A stretch of DNA of 53,995 bases, the filler included, from Jimgerdemannia flammicorona (taxonomy: Eukaryota), in assembly GCA_003990765.1 (NCBI GenBank). It is 3 parts of 3 records of this genome, joined end to end, with 100 filler letters (N's around TTAATTAATTAA, not from the genome) between each part and the next. Parts side by side here need not be neighbours in the genome. Positions count along the whole stretch, not along the records: positions 18,038 to 35,968 come from RBNJ01002360.1; positions 36,069 to 53,995 come from RBNJ01002361.1; 1 more part is not named here. One strand, 5' to 3'. Shown here piece by piece: positions 25,880 through 39,797 of the stretch. The position numbers were made by a program, and so were the translations under genes. The notes under the pieces are model-generated. The model ran no database searches. It saw nothing but the letters and a program-made list of their open reading frames with translations, and was not told the origin of the DNA. The stretch's first letter is position 1, and each line of letters opens with the position of its first letter.

Positions 25880-28800
25880 TCTACTGAGGATAGAAGATAT
25901 GGATCTCCATTAATATCAATAAAGGAGTATTCCCTGAAATAGAGGAAGAAAAAAGTGAGTAAGAAGAGGCCTATATAGTAACTATTCAGAAAAAGAAGAA
26001 AGTTGGATAGATCAGTAAAGAGAACTGGTACAAGAAGATTATTAAAGAATATATACTACAAGAAGTCTGCCCTTATAGGATCAGAATATACTGCATAGAG
26101 CATATTAATAACTGCTATCAGTGTTCCAACACAATCAAGAAGATCTACTATAAAAGAAGATAGAAGATCCTTGAGAAACAGATAAGAGAAGAGAAAGAGG
26201 AGAAAGAGGATAATGAACCACCAGTTCTTTTGGAAGATAGTGATGATGAAGAGATCAAGGTCAAGATTTGAAAAATCCATCTTGATGTAGTTCTATCAGA
26301 ATATAAGTCAGAGAATATAGCTGAAATAGTTATTGCTATAGTAGAAGAAACTATACTCAAGTCCTAGACAACTACCCTACTTATAACTGATCTAGAGATA
26401 ACTATTCCAAAAGACCATATTGGAATCCTTAAGACAAGAAGTAGTCTGACCAAGAGTGAGATTACTATCAAAAGAGAAGTCATTGATTCAGATTACATTA
26501 GAGAAATACTACTCATTACTAGAAACTACAACTCTATGATTCCATTTTCAATCAAGAAGAACTGACTAGCACAGATATTAATCTTCCTAGTTTTTCAGCC
26601 AAAGATTATAGAAGTCAAGAAGTTTGAGAAAACAGAGAGAGAAAGGAAGAGATTTAGATCTACAGAAGAGGAGTATTTGCTAGTACTAAGATTACCAAAC
26701 TGGACCACAAGAAGGAGGAAACTACAAATAAGCATAGCTATACTATTGGAGATAAATTCTTACTCAAGAAGGAACTCAAGAAGACCCTCTATGAATTCAA
26801 GGGTATCCTAGCCACAGACTTCAAGGATATTAAGGGAAAGACTCTATACTACTATCATAATATAGATATAGGAGATACTGAACCAATCTATCAAAAAGCA
26901 AGACCAATACTGCCTGCCTACTATGAATAGTTCAGAGAAGAAATCAAGTAGATAGAAGAAGCTAGTATCATTAAAGAAGTCAGTAGTTCTTAGGTTTCAC
27001 CAGTTATACATACTAGTTCTGAAAAAAGAAAGCAAGCCAGAAGAATTTGCCCCAAGGCTCTGCACTGATTACAGAAAGCTCAACTTGGTTATCAAGAAGG
27101 ATTGTAAGTTACTACCTCTCATTAGCAACATTCTTGTAACCTTGGGAGATAAAGTACAATACTTTAGCACTTTAGACTTATATTCAGAATTCTATCAAAT
27201 TAACCTCACAGAAGCAGCAAGCAAGAAGTCAGTCTTCATTACTCCAGACAGAACTTATATCTATCTATGAATATCATTTGAAATGTACAATATATCAGCA
27301 AGCTTTCAGTGAATAATGAACAAAATCTTCTACTATAATATAGGAAGATAGATGATAGCTTATGTGGATAATGTTATCATCTATAACAAGACACCAGAAG
27401 AACAACTGCAGTATATCCAGCAGATGATAGAGAAGCTAAGGAAGTATGGTCTTTATATTAAGCCCAAGAAGCATAAGTTTGCAAAAATTGAGTTCTCTTA
27501 TTTTGCCCATATTATTAACTGAGATGGAATACATACAGACTCTCTCAAGATTCAAGCAGTAGTAGTATACTCAAGGCCCAATACTGTCACTGAAGCCTAA
27601 GCCTTCATGGGACTTATCTCTTACTACTGCAGATTTATCAAAGGATTCTCCAACATTGCAGGCCCAATCTATAAACTCAATAAGAAGAATGTTAAGTTCC
27701 AATGTACTGGCAGACAATAAAAATTATTTGATGAACTCAAGATTAGACTGACCCAAGCATCTATCCTCAGAAGACCTGATTGAACTCAGGAATTTATCCT
27801 ATAAACAGATATAAGTACATAAGGACTAAGAGCAGTCCTGGTCTAAAAGAAAGACAAAGTAGAATATATAATTATATATCTCAGCTGAGAAACCCAAGAA
27901 GCTGAAAAAGAGTATGAATCCTATAAGTTAAAATATCTTATAGTTATCTGGGCTATAGAGAAGTTCTACTACTATCTTATGGGAAGATACTTTATTATTT
28001 AGATAGATCACTCAGCTCTCACTTAGCTACTAACTACTGGGCAATCTAAAGGAATCTATGCTAGATAGATTATAAAGTTGCAAGCCTATGATGTAACTAT
28101 CATACATCACTATGGAAGAACTAATACTAATATAGATACCCTCTTACAGATACTCCAAAGAACCCTCAATCAGCAAATCAACTATGAATAAGAAACTCTA
28201 CTATAGAATTATCACCTATTGGGAACAGTAAAAGATACCCCAATATCTAGAAGAATAGATACAAATGATCATCAATAGAACATGGAAACAATTTGAGACT
28301 GATGGAGAAATAATAAAGAAAGAAAAGCTACTAGTTATATCTAAACATAAAAAGAAGCAAGTAATGAAATCAGTATACAAACTTGGCTATCTAGGAGGAA
28401 CAAATATATATAATAAAGCAAAAACAACAATGTGATAGCCAGAAATAGAGAAAGATATCAGATAATTTGTCAAGACCTGTAATAAATATCAGAAACAGAA
28501 ATAAGACTAACAAAATCAAACCCTCAGATCAGCATACATAGAACTAGTACTCTTTATACATATTGCAATTAACATAATTGATCCTCTACTCTTGACTTTG
28601 ACTAGCAACTGATACATTATTATCATCATAGATCTTTTTATAAAATGGATAGAGGCAGGACCTCTTAAAGAAGCCAATACACAGTCAATTGCTGATTTCT
28701 TTTACAAAGAAATCATCTGTCAATTCAAGACTCTATTGTAAGTAATTATAGAGAGAAACAAAATTCATGAACTATTCTTTGAGATTCTCTACAAGAATTA

Positions 28801-29090
28801 TAAGATCTAGTATATTTGAACTATAATCTATTACCCTCAGAGAAATAGATAAGCAGAAAGGACCAACAAGAATCTCAAGAATATTATCACTAAGATCTGT
28901 GATAATTATGAAAACTGAGATCACTATCTGCCAATAGCATTATCTGCTCTTTGAAATATCTGATCACAAAGTACCCATTTAACCCTCAAGAGATGCTTAT
29001 TTGGAGAAGAAAGTTCTCAAGGAATCTTATTGTCCAATAGAGATACTATATGGAAATATATAGATATAAAGATATAGAGACTATATCAAA
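25880..29090 (+). mobile_element. Family B fragment B3 (end of PR, dUTPase, RT, RH, most of IN)
   Basis: Colinear with about 42970-46180, with many transition-derived stops. Confidence 0.92.
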
Positions 29091-29091
29091 C

Positions 29092-30194
29092 TACTTCTCT
29101 CTGATACATATGATTCATTTTATACAAACTTCTGACAATACTTTTTATGACAATTCAGAGAAAAGGTACTATTAACATATCTTCAAGCAAGAGTTCTGAT
29201 GGGTGTGCTGGATTAGATAGACCTGGGACATTTAGCTAGCAATATGTGGAAAGGGATTATAGCCGACTCTTTTGGAGATATAAATGATGGGGAGAGCACT
29301 AGAGAGTGACCAATATCTAGTAGAAATGGGAGAGAATCTGGGCCTCTAAGATTTGCTGACAAGGTGAAAGAGGGTGGATGGCTGGTGAGTGCTCAGACTA
29401 GTATAGCTGAAGGGAAGAATAAGGCTTACCTGGGGAGAGCAAGAGGTTCTTTGTCTAGGAGAGCAAGTATAGGGGCAGAAGGGGTAGTGGCTGGAGACAG
29501 TGGGGTGACTACTGATAGAGATATAATGGCAAATCTGAAAAAAAAAAATATATATATATATAATGGCTGATGGTAATACCATACAGGAGAACTGATAGGG
29601 GTAGAGGAATCTGATAGATAGTGTAATAGGCCTGCAGTGGCCCTATTACTCAAGAAATCAATCTTAGAGCTTACTATCATATTATGCTTCTAAGGCTTAG
29701 CAGTGATAGCAAAGATGATTCTGGAGCTGATCTCAAAGCAAATGACTGGGGCTGCCTCAGTGAAGTTCTTGAAGGAACTTGAGGGGATAGAGGTGAGCTT
29801 TGAGGAGACTACTCCCTTAGAGGTAGTATTGAAGGTAAGGTTGACTATGGGTGAGATAGTAATTCTAATAACTCACTGTCTGAGATGAGACCCCAGAGTG
29901 GTCTAGCAAGTGCCCACAGTAATGATAGTTGAGATGAGGAGAAGGGTGGAAGAGACTATAGCTGAGTATGGCAAGATGATCAATATTGATTTTTAGATCT
30001 GGGAGGGGACTTTCTTCAGGATGAGAGATGTAGATATCAGACTCTGGCTAGCTAGAAAGAAGGCTATAGAGAAGTTAAGGAACTGGCCCTCAGTACTGAT
30101 ATAGGAGATATTATCTGTAAGATAACAAGAGTGAAGGAGAGTATAGAGAAGGAGGAGAATTTGGTAGAGGCACTGGAGGAGCTTAGTAGATGGG
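29092..30194 (+). mobile_element. Older LINE 5' UTR/ORF1 fragment
   Basis: LLKKSILEL, MIAKMILEL...GAASVKFLK, homologous to LINE ORF1 at 30750-30900. Confidence 0.8.
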
Positions 30195-30279
30195 ACACAC
30201 CTTTCACTAGTAACATTCAGGTGACACAAGACTCAGACAACACTTTCAACAGCATTTTTAGTGAAAGGTGACTAACAAT

Positions 30280-32198
30280 ATGGACAGCAACAAATATACT
30301 AGTGAGTGTGTCAGCCAGGGGGGCAGTAGTGCCTTTGACTGACAGCATGTAGAGAGGAAGAGGGGGGATGGTTTGGGAATACCAGGGCCTTCTGTGGCTG
30401 GCCATAGCACTGGTGGAGGAGGAAGAGGCAGATTGAGGCAATGTAGAGGGGAGAGGATGATCTTTGTAGACAAAATCAAGATGGGGAGAATGGCTTCTGG
30501 TCTGGATAGTTGGCTGGGTCTGGGGAAGGTGACAGTAGCTACTGTTGAGGAACAGAGAGGGGCCCCCATGGGAGAGTCAGATAGTAGGGAAGAGGGGGGA
30601 GTAGAGGCTGGAGATATGATTGCTGATGGAGCTGTGACTGGGGATCTTGCAAAAAATTCAGATGTGACAGTGGTTGGTGGTTCAGGACAGGAGGTAGGCA
30701 TGAGGCCCAGGGATCTGGCAGATGGTGTGATGAGTATGGTGTTGGCACTATTACTCAAGAAATCAAGGTCAGAATTCACCATCACATTGTATTTCCAGGG
30801 CTTGGCAGTGACTGCAAGGATGATCTTGGGGCTAGTGGCACAGGAGGTGAAGGGAGCAGCTTCAGTGAAGTTCTTGAAGGGGAAAGAAGGGGTTAAGGTT
30901 GGGTTTGAGGAAGAGGAGGCATTATTGGCAGCCATGGAGAAGGGGGTAATGGTAGGTGGGATAGTAGTCCCTATGGCCAGATGCATGTGCTGGGACCCCC
31001 GAGTAGTATAGTTGATAGTGTTGGATCTTCCTACAGTATTGAGAGAGAGGGCCAAAGAGTTGATTGTAGAGGCAGTCAAGGAATATAGGGAGATTATAGA
31101 TGTCAGGTTCAAAGTATGGGAGGGCACAGAGCTCAGAACTAGTGACATCAACATCCAGGTGAGGCTGGCTGGAAAGGAGAATATGGGGAAGACAAGGGAC
31201 TGGCCAGTGACTCTGAAGTGGGGACCGGTGAAGTGCAAGGTCTCGAGGGTGAAAGGGACTCTGGAAGAGGAGGAGGATTTGCTAGAGACTCTTGAGGATC
31301 TGGCAGGAGCAGTCGAGAGGAGGAGATTGACCTAGAAGGAGTATGAAGCCAAGACAGTGGTGGAAATAGTAGATGGGAAGAGGGTCAGGATGGACTGAGC
31401 AGCCTGAGAGAAGTTGCAGGGGAGGTGAATCCAGAAAGAGCTGCTGGAGAAGTTGGGTGGCAGTAGGAGTAGCAGTAGTATAGGGGAAGGGGGAGCTGGA
31501 TTGCATGAGAGTGCCTAGGTGGGGAAACATAGGATAACCCAAGGTGGGGCCCAGGGTGGATCAAGAGAGGAGAGACAGGGTGGCATGGAGATAGATGCAG
31601 AAATGAGCAAGAAAGTACACCCTCAGCATGGTGTCCCAGGTGAGGCAGGAGGGGAGGAGAAACTACTGGATATACCAGAAGAGGAGTAGGATGAGTCAGT
31701 GAGGAGGAGCACTTTGGTGGACCCTGAGGTGGGGGTTGAACAGATTGCCCAGAGTGTGGCAGAGGTAGTGGATGAGGAGAAGTAGCTGTGGAAGACTCTG
31801 GAGGGGGTGGCAGCAGAGGAGCTGGGGGGAGAGGACTTTCAGGTTATAGAAGAGAGGCATTGGGAGGAAATTCTTTGTGGTGCAGAGGTATCAAGGAAAG
31901 TTAGGAACAAGATTCTGGCAGTACTCTTAGAATCAGTTGAATATCAAGTGGATGATCAGAGAGAGGAGGAACTTCAGGTAATTGCGAATGAATAGGCAGT
32001 ATTCTTATGGAGATCAAGGAAGGGATTGGAGAAGTGGAGAGTGGTCTGTGCCCATTATTGAGTGGAGATGGAAGTGGTGGATGGGGTGGAATATCAAGAA
32101 ATTTTGAGGTATTGGATGCTCAGGCTATAGTAGAAGGTGACCTAGAAGCAGAGAGGCACTTGGATCTGACTGGGGATGAGATGAGCATAGAATACTAG
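30280..32198 (+). pseudogene. LINE ORF1
   Basis: Colinear with 49863-51782; multiple stops. Confidence 0.85.
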
Positions 32199-32229
32199 GC
32201 TGGGTTCTCAAATTCAAACATTATTCAAT

Positions 32230-35200
32230 ATGAATAGTACAACTAGAATATTCTCTTTGAATGTAAATGGATTGAGGGGAGCAGCTTGGCAAAGATACAT
32301 ATTTGGTTGGCTCAGAGGATTGGATGTAGATCTCTTCTTACTACAGAATATATGTTATGAGGTAGATGTAAACTTACAGGATTGGACTAGAGAATGGGGG
32401 GGGGCAGCAGTGTGGACTGAGTGGGTGTGTATCCTAGTTTGAAAGGGGATGGGGGACATTAGTAATATTGGACATTAGGGGAGTTGATTGGTGTGAGGAG
32501 TGTGGAAGAGGCCTAGATGGAGCCCTTTGACTATTGGATCATATTATTGCCCAGCAGAGAGGGGGGAGTAGATAGATTGGATTAGAAATTTAAGAGAGGT
32601 AGGTATCATGGGTAAGGCAGAGATTGACTGCCTGGGGGGTAATTTCAACATAGTATGAGATAATATAGTGGACAGGACTGATGACAGTAGAGGAATAAGA
32701 GGCCAAAGTAGTGGGTTGGATGATTGGATGGAGATGGAGAGGTTGAGTTCTTTGGTTGATTCAGGGAGATAGTTTTGGGAGGATCATCAAATCTACACTC
32801 ACTGGGTGGCAGGGCTGGGCTCCAGGATCAACTGGATATTGACAGAGAAGTACTGGGGAGCAGATGTCTGGGCTGTGCTGGAGGTGGTTTGGTGCCTATG
32901 GTCAGATCACTGGGGGCTGTTAGGGGGGGGGAGGTTTGGGGAAAGTGGGGATGGACCTGGACATTGGTGACTGAAATCCTCTTTATTGGAAGATGGTACT
33001 TTATGGGCTAGCTGAGAGGAGAAGGTCATTGGGAAAATTGGTAGGGGAGGGAGAAGGGCCTGGTGATTGGGGATTGCTGGCAGAGGCTGAAATCAAGTGC
33101 TCAGGGGTACTGGAGGGAGGCAGGGAAAGGGAGGAGTGTCTAGCAGTAGCAGAGAGTGCTCTGGGCTTCACAGTGATTGGCAGCACTCTTGGGGAGATGG
33201 GTGGGGGCATTTAAGGATTGGGAGGCCACCAACTGGCATATTGTGCAGATTCAAAAGGAAGTCAAGAAGCTTAAGGAAGTGATACAAATGGAGGAAGAGA
33301 TGAAGCTGAAGGAGATAGTGACAAGGCTGAGGTAGCAAGGGTTGGAGGAGGGTGAGAGACTCAATAGGTTTTTATCATGGTTACTACAAGTGCAATATAC
33401 TAAACAGCAGTGGAATGGTCTTTTAGATGAGGATGGAGAGATAGTAGTGGGGACTCCAGTGATTCTGAGATTGCTAAGGACCCACTGAGAGGATCTATAG
33501 AGTGAGGAAGAAGGAGGTGAGGATGTCTTGAACATTGAAAGGTAGTTGGAGGATTGGTATCCTGATCCAGCAATGGGCCTGGGGACTCTGGGGGACCCAG
33601 TGAGGGGGGAGGAAATTTGCAAGGTTTTGGCCTTGACAAGTAAGGGGACAGTACTAGGAGAGGATGGACTTCTCTGGGATTTTTGGAAAAAGATGGCAGG
33701 GGTGGAGGTGGTATTGAAGAAAATGACAGTGATGTGTAGTGAGGTTCTTTGGTCTGAAACTTGGATTGGGGGCCAGCACCTAGGGCTAGTCTTCTTACTT
33801 TATAAGGATAAGAGGAGAAGAGAAAATTGGAAGAACTGGAGACCAATCATGCTCCTCAACATGGACTGCAAGCTGGTGACAAAGGTCTTGGTGACTAGAC
33901 TGCAGGGGATTGCTCAACAAGTACTAGGAGTAGAGCAAAGAGGGTTCATTGGTGGTCAGTTGATCCAAGATGAGATAGTCTGGGTCCATGGAGTAATTGA
34001 GGGAGTTTGGACTACTGGGGTTGATAGCAGATTAGTGTTTCTGGATCAGAAGGAGGTGTATGATAGAGTGAGGAGGATCTGGCTAGAGGGAGTACTGAGA
34101 TGGGTGGGTGTTCCCCCAGGGTTCAGGAGGTCATTAATCAGTTTTTTGGAGAATAGTCAGACAGCATTAGTAGTCAATAGACATAGGGGTATAACTTTTC
34201 CTCTTAGTCATGGGGTGCTACAAGGAGACCCTTTGTCACTCATCTTATATACCCTTTCCTTAGAGCCCCTATTGGACAGGATTAGGCATCGAATTGGGGG
34301 TTTGGACATTCTGGGAATTAATTGGAAAGTGGGGGCCTTTGCAGATAATATGGTGGTTGGACTGGATTTATTGGAGGATATGGAGGAACTACAGAGGTCC
34401 ATAGAATGGTATGAGAGGGGCTCAGGTACTAAACTCAACTGGCACAAATATGAGACTCTGGTACTAGGTGGTGGAATAGTTGGCAGCAATGTAATTGGAA
34501 TGGTAGTACCAGCAGGTAACCCAGTTTATTACTTGGGGATCTACTTCTTGATATATGGGTCTCTTCTGCCCTATGTTTGGTAGGAACAGTAACTCCTAGT
34601 ATGGGGAAATGTGCTCCTATGGTGGGGGGGTCAGCATATATCCTTGGCAGAAAGGGTGATAGTGCTGAATGTATATTGGCTACCAAAGCTGTGGTATGTG
34701 GGGTATCATCTGGACTTCCTAGCATGAGTGGTTAGATGACTTCTGAAGATGGCAATATCATGGATCTGGGCTGAGAGGTGAAGTCAGATAGGATGGGAGA
34801 TTTTGACCCTACCTGTGGACAAAGGTGGGCTAGACTTGGTGGACTTTACTAAATATCTTCATTGCTTGCAAGTGTGGTGGCTGAAGAGGGTGAGCGAGTT
34901 GAGGGGCTGGGAATGAGTACCACTCATATAGAGGGTGTGGGAGGCCTGGTATTCTCCCTATGGAGCATCTGGCAATCTGCTTGCAATGGTGGCCCTGGAT
35001 AGGAGTAGGAGGATGCAGTATAAGGGCTTTTGGTGGGGGGTGGTAGATAGCATAAGGAGAATTGGACTTTGGTGGCAGGGTGGTGAGGGAGAGGAAGATT
35101 GGGGACCACAGATGTGGAGATGGGACAGGCTACTATTGGGTAGTACTTTGGTGGAGGATTTCCAGCTTGGCAATGGAATGGATTGTATGCAAAGCTTAGG

Positions 35201-35863
35201 GGGGGACCTTTGGCCTGAAACATAGCAGAGGGTGGAGATTGGTGAGGAGTGGGACTGGAATGGTCTTTGGCCTTGGAGCAAGCAGGTGATATAGTGGCTT
35301 CCCTCCAAGTTTTGGGTGGTATGGTGGTGGTTTCTAAGACAGAATGTGATGTTGAACTATTGATCTGGGCACTTGGTGGCAGATGGCAAGTTTGAGTATG
35401 AGGAATGTATAGATGTTAGGCAGGAGAGGGCAGTGATATAAATGCCTGAACATTGGCTTGACGAGTGTGATATCCTAGGGGAGTTTTGGTGCTACATTGC
35501 AGACTGGTTAGGGCTGTGAGCCCTGGTGGGGAGAGAAGGGGGGAGATAGGGAGACCTCTGCCAAAGGCTAGTGGGAGGGGTTGGAGACAAATGGCTGACC
35601 CTGGGTTGGGCTCTGACTATTTGGATTAGGCTGGCCAGACATTGGTTACATGTATTTGAAGAGGGTCAGCAGGTTGGAGTTAGGGCTAGGGTGGCACAAT
35701 GGAAATGACTATTACTGGACATTTTGAATGGCTGGTGGAGAGGGTGGGGACCAGGTGGGAGAAGCCAATGGAGTTTGGTAAATTGTATTTGCTGGAAAAG
35801 TGGAGGGAGGATTCAGGTAGTGGGTGGCTGGGTTGTCCTCTGACAGAGAGAGATAGAGGGTAG
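32230..35863 (+). pseudogene. LINE ORF2 (APE endonuclease-RT-C-terminal zinc finger remnant)
   Basis: SLNVNGLRG, SDH, NWRPIMLLN, QGDPLS, FADN, YLGI, KGGL, EHWLDEC; 3' end approximate. Confidence 0.9.
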
Positions 35864-35968
35864 AGAGGGAGATCCAAGGGGTATTGGTTGAGAGGATACA
35901 GGTGAAATTGTATAATTATTTATAGATTGAGGTAGTAATAAAGTTGAAGTCCAAGTAACTATAAAAAA

Positions 35969-36068
35969 NNNNNNNNNNNNNNNNNNNNNNNNNNNNNNNN
36001 NNNNNNNNNNNNTTAATTAATTAANNNNNNNNNNNNNNNNNNNNNNNNNNNNNNNNNNNNNNNNNNNN
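35969..36068. other. Artificial contig spacer
   Basis: 44 N + TTAATTAATTAA + 44 N. Confidence 0.97.
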
Positions 36069-36614
36069 AAAAAAATGTCTCTAGGAGACATACTCAGCCC
36101 CAAGAAGTTTGCTGAGATTACTCATATTGATACCAATTTATGAAAGAAAGAGTGCACTATCAGTTCACCAGAGCTTGCTGCCATTGTTATCTTTTCCTTA
36201 CTTTCTTAAACTCTGGCAGTCACTCCTCCAGCCCCTACAATCCCACCAGAAGTTCCAATACTAGCCACTGGCTCAGCTTTAGGAATCCCAGTCTCAGCTA
36301 TCACACTACCAGATCCTTGCCCCCTGCTGAGTATCTGACCAGTTATCTGACTCATCACCTGACTCCTTTCCCTATCAATACTATGTCTCTCTGCCCTACC
36401 CCTATGGGCCTAGCAGTAGTCCTTCTGTCCCTCATTACAGTATACTATCTTTTGATACCAACAGACCTCTCTTGACCACCTGCCTCACCAGTAGTAGTAC
36501 CAGCTCCTGCCACTACTACAAAACTCTCAGAGAGGCCCAGGCCAGGCCATCTCCTTTCTAAGCACTTAGAGCTTGATGAACCTTGAGTCACTATGGACAA
36601 AAACATGACAGATT

Positions 36615-38165
36615 TTGATGAAACTTATTGTATATATACTATAGCCAGACTTCTGCCACACCTAGTACACTAGTATAGATGAAGTGAAAACTTGAAAATG
36701 TATTGCTTTTTGTGAAAAGTTGCTTGTGTGGCTTAGCTCAGTTGGTTTGGTTTAAGCAAAAGAAGTTCTAAAAGGAGAGACCCTATCCAGATGGGGGACT
36801 TCTTTTGCTCAAACCACTCAGAGTAAGCTAAGCCACATAGATATCTTTTTGCAAAAAGCAATATGTTTTCAAGTTTTCACTTCACCTTTTTTTTTTTTAT
36901 TTTTATTTTTTTTCTACACTCATTTATTTCGAACATAGTTATATAGTGAACAGCAGGAAAACATCTCCTGGATTTCCTGACAAGAAAGTAAGTGGGGTTA
37001 GATCTTAAAAAGAGTAGCCTTGGGCTACTCAACATCTAATGTTGGTAAGGCCAAGGTGGCCAGGGCCTGGTTCTCTCTATCTTGAGCTGCTCTTACCCCT
37101 CCCTCCTTACTGATAACAATGCCCCACCAAGGCCACAACTGGCCCCCTCATACAAATAATATATACAATAGTAAAGCAAGAAATAAAATGGCATACAGGT
37201 CTGATAAATTCCCAACAATGAGTTACTCCACCCCACCTTGGCTGCCCAGTGCCAATCTATATATTTAACAAATGGATCTGCCATCTAACTGCTGCTCTCT
37301 CTGCCCATCTCTGAGTCAGAAGTCACTATCTGGCTTGTGACACCAGTATCTCAAGTAGCACTGCCATCATATCTGTTCTTATCCCAAAGGGTCACTGGAT
37401 ATGACCTCAGTATCTTAAGTACTCCTGCAGTGCACACCTGGTCTACAAGCTCCCCTCTCCCCAAAGTAGTGAAGTAGCCACCCTGCTGATCTCCTTGCTG
37501 ATCATCACACCATCACTAGCCAATTACTTGACCTAATCATTACTATCATCTTGAATCACACCATCTGATATCCACCAATCACTAGTCACTATTGTATCAT
37601 ATATCAAAATCACCTCATCCTCCTTAACCAATCATCAGCTATATCTTCTGAAGTTCTCTGAGCACCTTCTAAAATCTCCCAGTATACCTCTATACCTTGA
37701 GAATACAGTAAGAGTCTCTCCCTGAGTGAAAGAAAGCCTAAGGGTCTGACCCATATCCCCCAGCCTGTCAGAGTATACCAGTAAGTTGAATGCTTACCAT
37801 AAAGCTGGTCATATCACCAGAAGAAAGATAATACATCTCCTTGAGTTATTGCTAGTAGCTCCCAGAGCCTACATCATACTATCTGGCCTACAAAATGACA
37901 GAAACCTTGAATTTTTGAAAACTGTAGCCTTGAGGTTAAGGCAACTCAATACTAATGGACTTCTCTTCTCTTGCTCCTTCTGGTATACCCAACCTCAGGA
38001 CACTGATGGCCTCTCCTTCCTCTGTACCATAGAGATCCAATTTCTACCCAGACCTTTTGACTGGTATGATTTGAGAGAAAGAAGTCCATCTAGTTTTCAC
38101 TTCACCTATACTGGTGTACTAGGTACAGTAGGAGTCTGGCAACAGTTCATAACAAGTTTCATCAA
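36615..38165. mobile_element. Palindromic foldback element (about 330 bp) split by a retroposon
   Basis: 36678-36770 is inverted to 36797-36886; 36615-36692 is inverted to 38092-38165. Confidence 0.75.
36887..38091 (-). mobile_element. 1.2-kb non-autonomous poly(A) retroposon
   Basis: Poly(T) 36887-36913; exact 15-bp TSD agttttcacttcacc at 36872-36886 and 38092-38106; no RT motifs seen. Confidence 0.85.
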
Positions 38166-38333
38166 TAGGCAGTCTCTTTCTCTGCTATCTTACTGATCAC
38201 AATGGTTTGGTAGGAAACCTTCTAAGTCTACTTTCTACAATTATTACTCCCTCTACCTTGGGTTGGTTTGCTGTATCTGTTGCAAGATAGTGGGAGAGAG
38301 ACAATGGTGATGAGTTGTCCCTTTATTAGTATC

Positions 38334-39782
38334 TTTTTTTTTTTTTTTTTTATAGTCACTTGGACTCCTTCCTTTATTAACATATTGTCTATCCTCTATA
38401 TAATATACTGTACTCACTCCTACCCAATCCCCCTAGGGGAACCCCCCCTCTCTATCTCCTCTTGATGAAAGACCACTTTGTCATTCACCATTACCACTCA
38501 ACCACTACTCTATTTACAGATCTCTTCCACCAAACAGACCTACCCTGGGGGCCCCAACCAACCCACCACCCAGTCAACAGATCTTCCATCAACCCCTCCT
38601 ATCTCAACAACTTCTCCTGTATATCCAACTGCTGCCTCTCCTCAAAAACAAAGAGCCAATATCTAGCTAGCCCTACCCATACAGCTAAAATCCATCCTAC
38701 AGTAAGCCATCTATTGCCCACACCTTCCACTAACCTAGATTTCTGATCCTCCCACCATCCTCTCTCTCTATCTGGCCTCCTCTCTACACCCAACTGAGCC
38801 CCAACTGCTATCCAAAAGTCCCCCAAAACCTCACACTCTCCCAGCCAATGTTCTGGTATCTACACAAATCCCCCAACTTGCCTGATATTATAATACTCCT
38901 TAAAATTGAATTGACTACCATCCACCAGATGTCCAGTATGAAAATTCAACATAATATTTCTCCACAGTATCCTCCACCATACTACCCAGAACTTGGGAGG
39001 AAGCCACTTCTGTATCTCAGCACTCTATGACCAGACTCCTGCCCTGTCCCACTCCTCACCAATCTCCACTGCCTGCTAGCTACTTGGCCACAGATCCTGT
39101 CCAAGTTCCCACTGATATTCTACTCCATCACTAATGTCAAACTCAGCAAGTAGAATACCCCCCAGAAGCAGTTGGTCTCATTGCTACATAGCTGGGCCCC
39201 ACAGCATCTCTCCCTCATTGCTTCACTAGTGCAGGCCTATCTGGTGTACTCCATCCACCACTCCCCACCAGAAGCCCTTATACTCTAGCTATTGGCTTCC
39301 ATCCAGACCCATTAGAGATAGCAAATTCCCTGAGGATCCTTACAGAGAGAATCTCATCTCTTACACCTTCTGCATTAGAGGTACCAAGCCCCCTCCCTGT
39401 AATTCAACAGTCCTTTTCAACCACCAAGCTCATAGACAATACAGCTGCTTAGAAAGATCTACTAGGCCTAGCCCTCTCTGAACCACCAGTATTATCAGAG
39501 TGTCCCAACTAATCTGGGACCACCTCTCTGCCCAAATCCAGTCCCTAGCTAGTTTTATCAGTCTCTTCACCACTCAAGCTAGAAAGTCTAAATAATAAGC
39601 AATATACTACAGCTTGGGGAAACAGTAGATATTCAGGATTGATACCTGGTCTGCTAGAGAGATATAGCAACCTCCCCAACCTCTCAGAGCCTCTCCCCAA
39701 ATGGCCACCCTCCTCTCCCATCATACCTGTAGCAAGACAGAACTATATACTAAGAGAAAGATACCCAGATACCTCACTGCCC
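38334..39782 (-). mobile_element. 5'-truncated LINE (3' end of ORF2), diverged subfamily
   Basis: Poly(T) from 38334; TSD ccctttattagtatc at 38319-38333 and 39783-39797; AVRYLGIF...ISLADQVSILNIYCFPKL, homologous to 34520-35900. Confidence 0.9.
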
Positions 39783-39797
39783 CCCTTTATTAGTATC

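Larger units (their letters stand above)
30195..35968 (+). mobile_element. Full-length decayed L1/Tx1-type LINE
   Basis: Same 5' end as 49778; ORF1 plus ORF2; AATAAA at about 35937 and an A-run at the contig end. Confidence 0.93.

Noticed and set aside
30258..31238. 326-aa antisense ORF (and 302-aa at 49787-50695)
   Set aside because: Shadow of the G-rich LINE ORF1, whose composition depletes reverse-strand stops; low-complexity Pro/Ser/Thr with no domain.
37960..38086. Retroposon head as 5S rRNA- or tRNA-derived
   Set aside because: Only a short catacc-like match; no recognisable A/B/C boxes.
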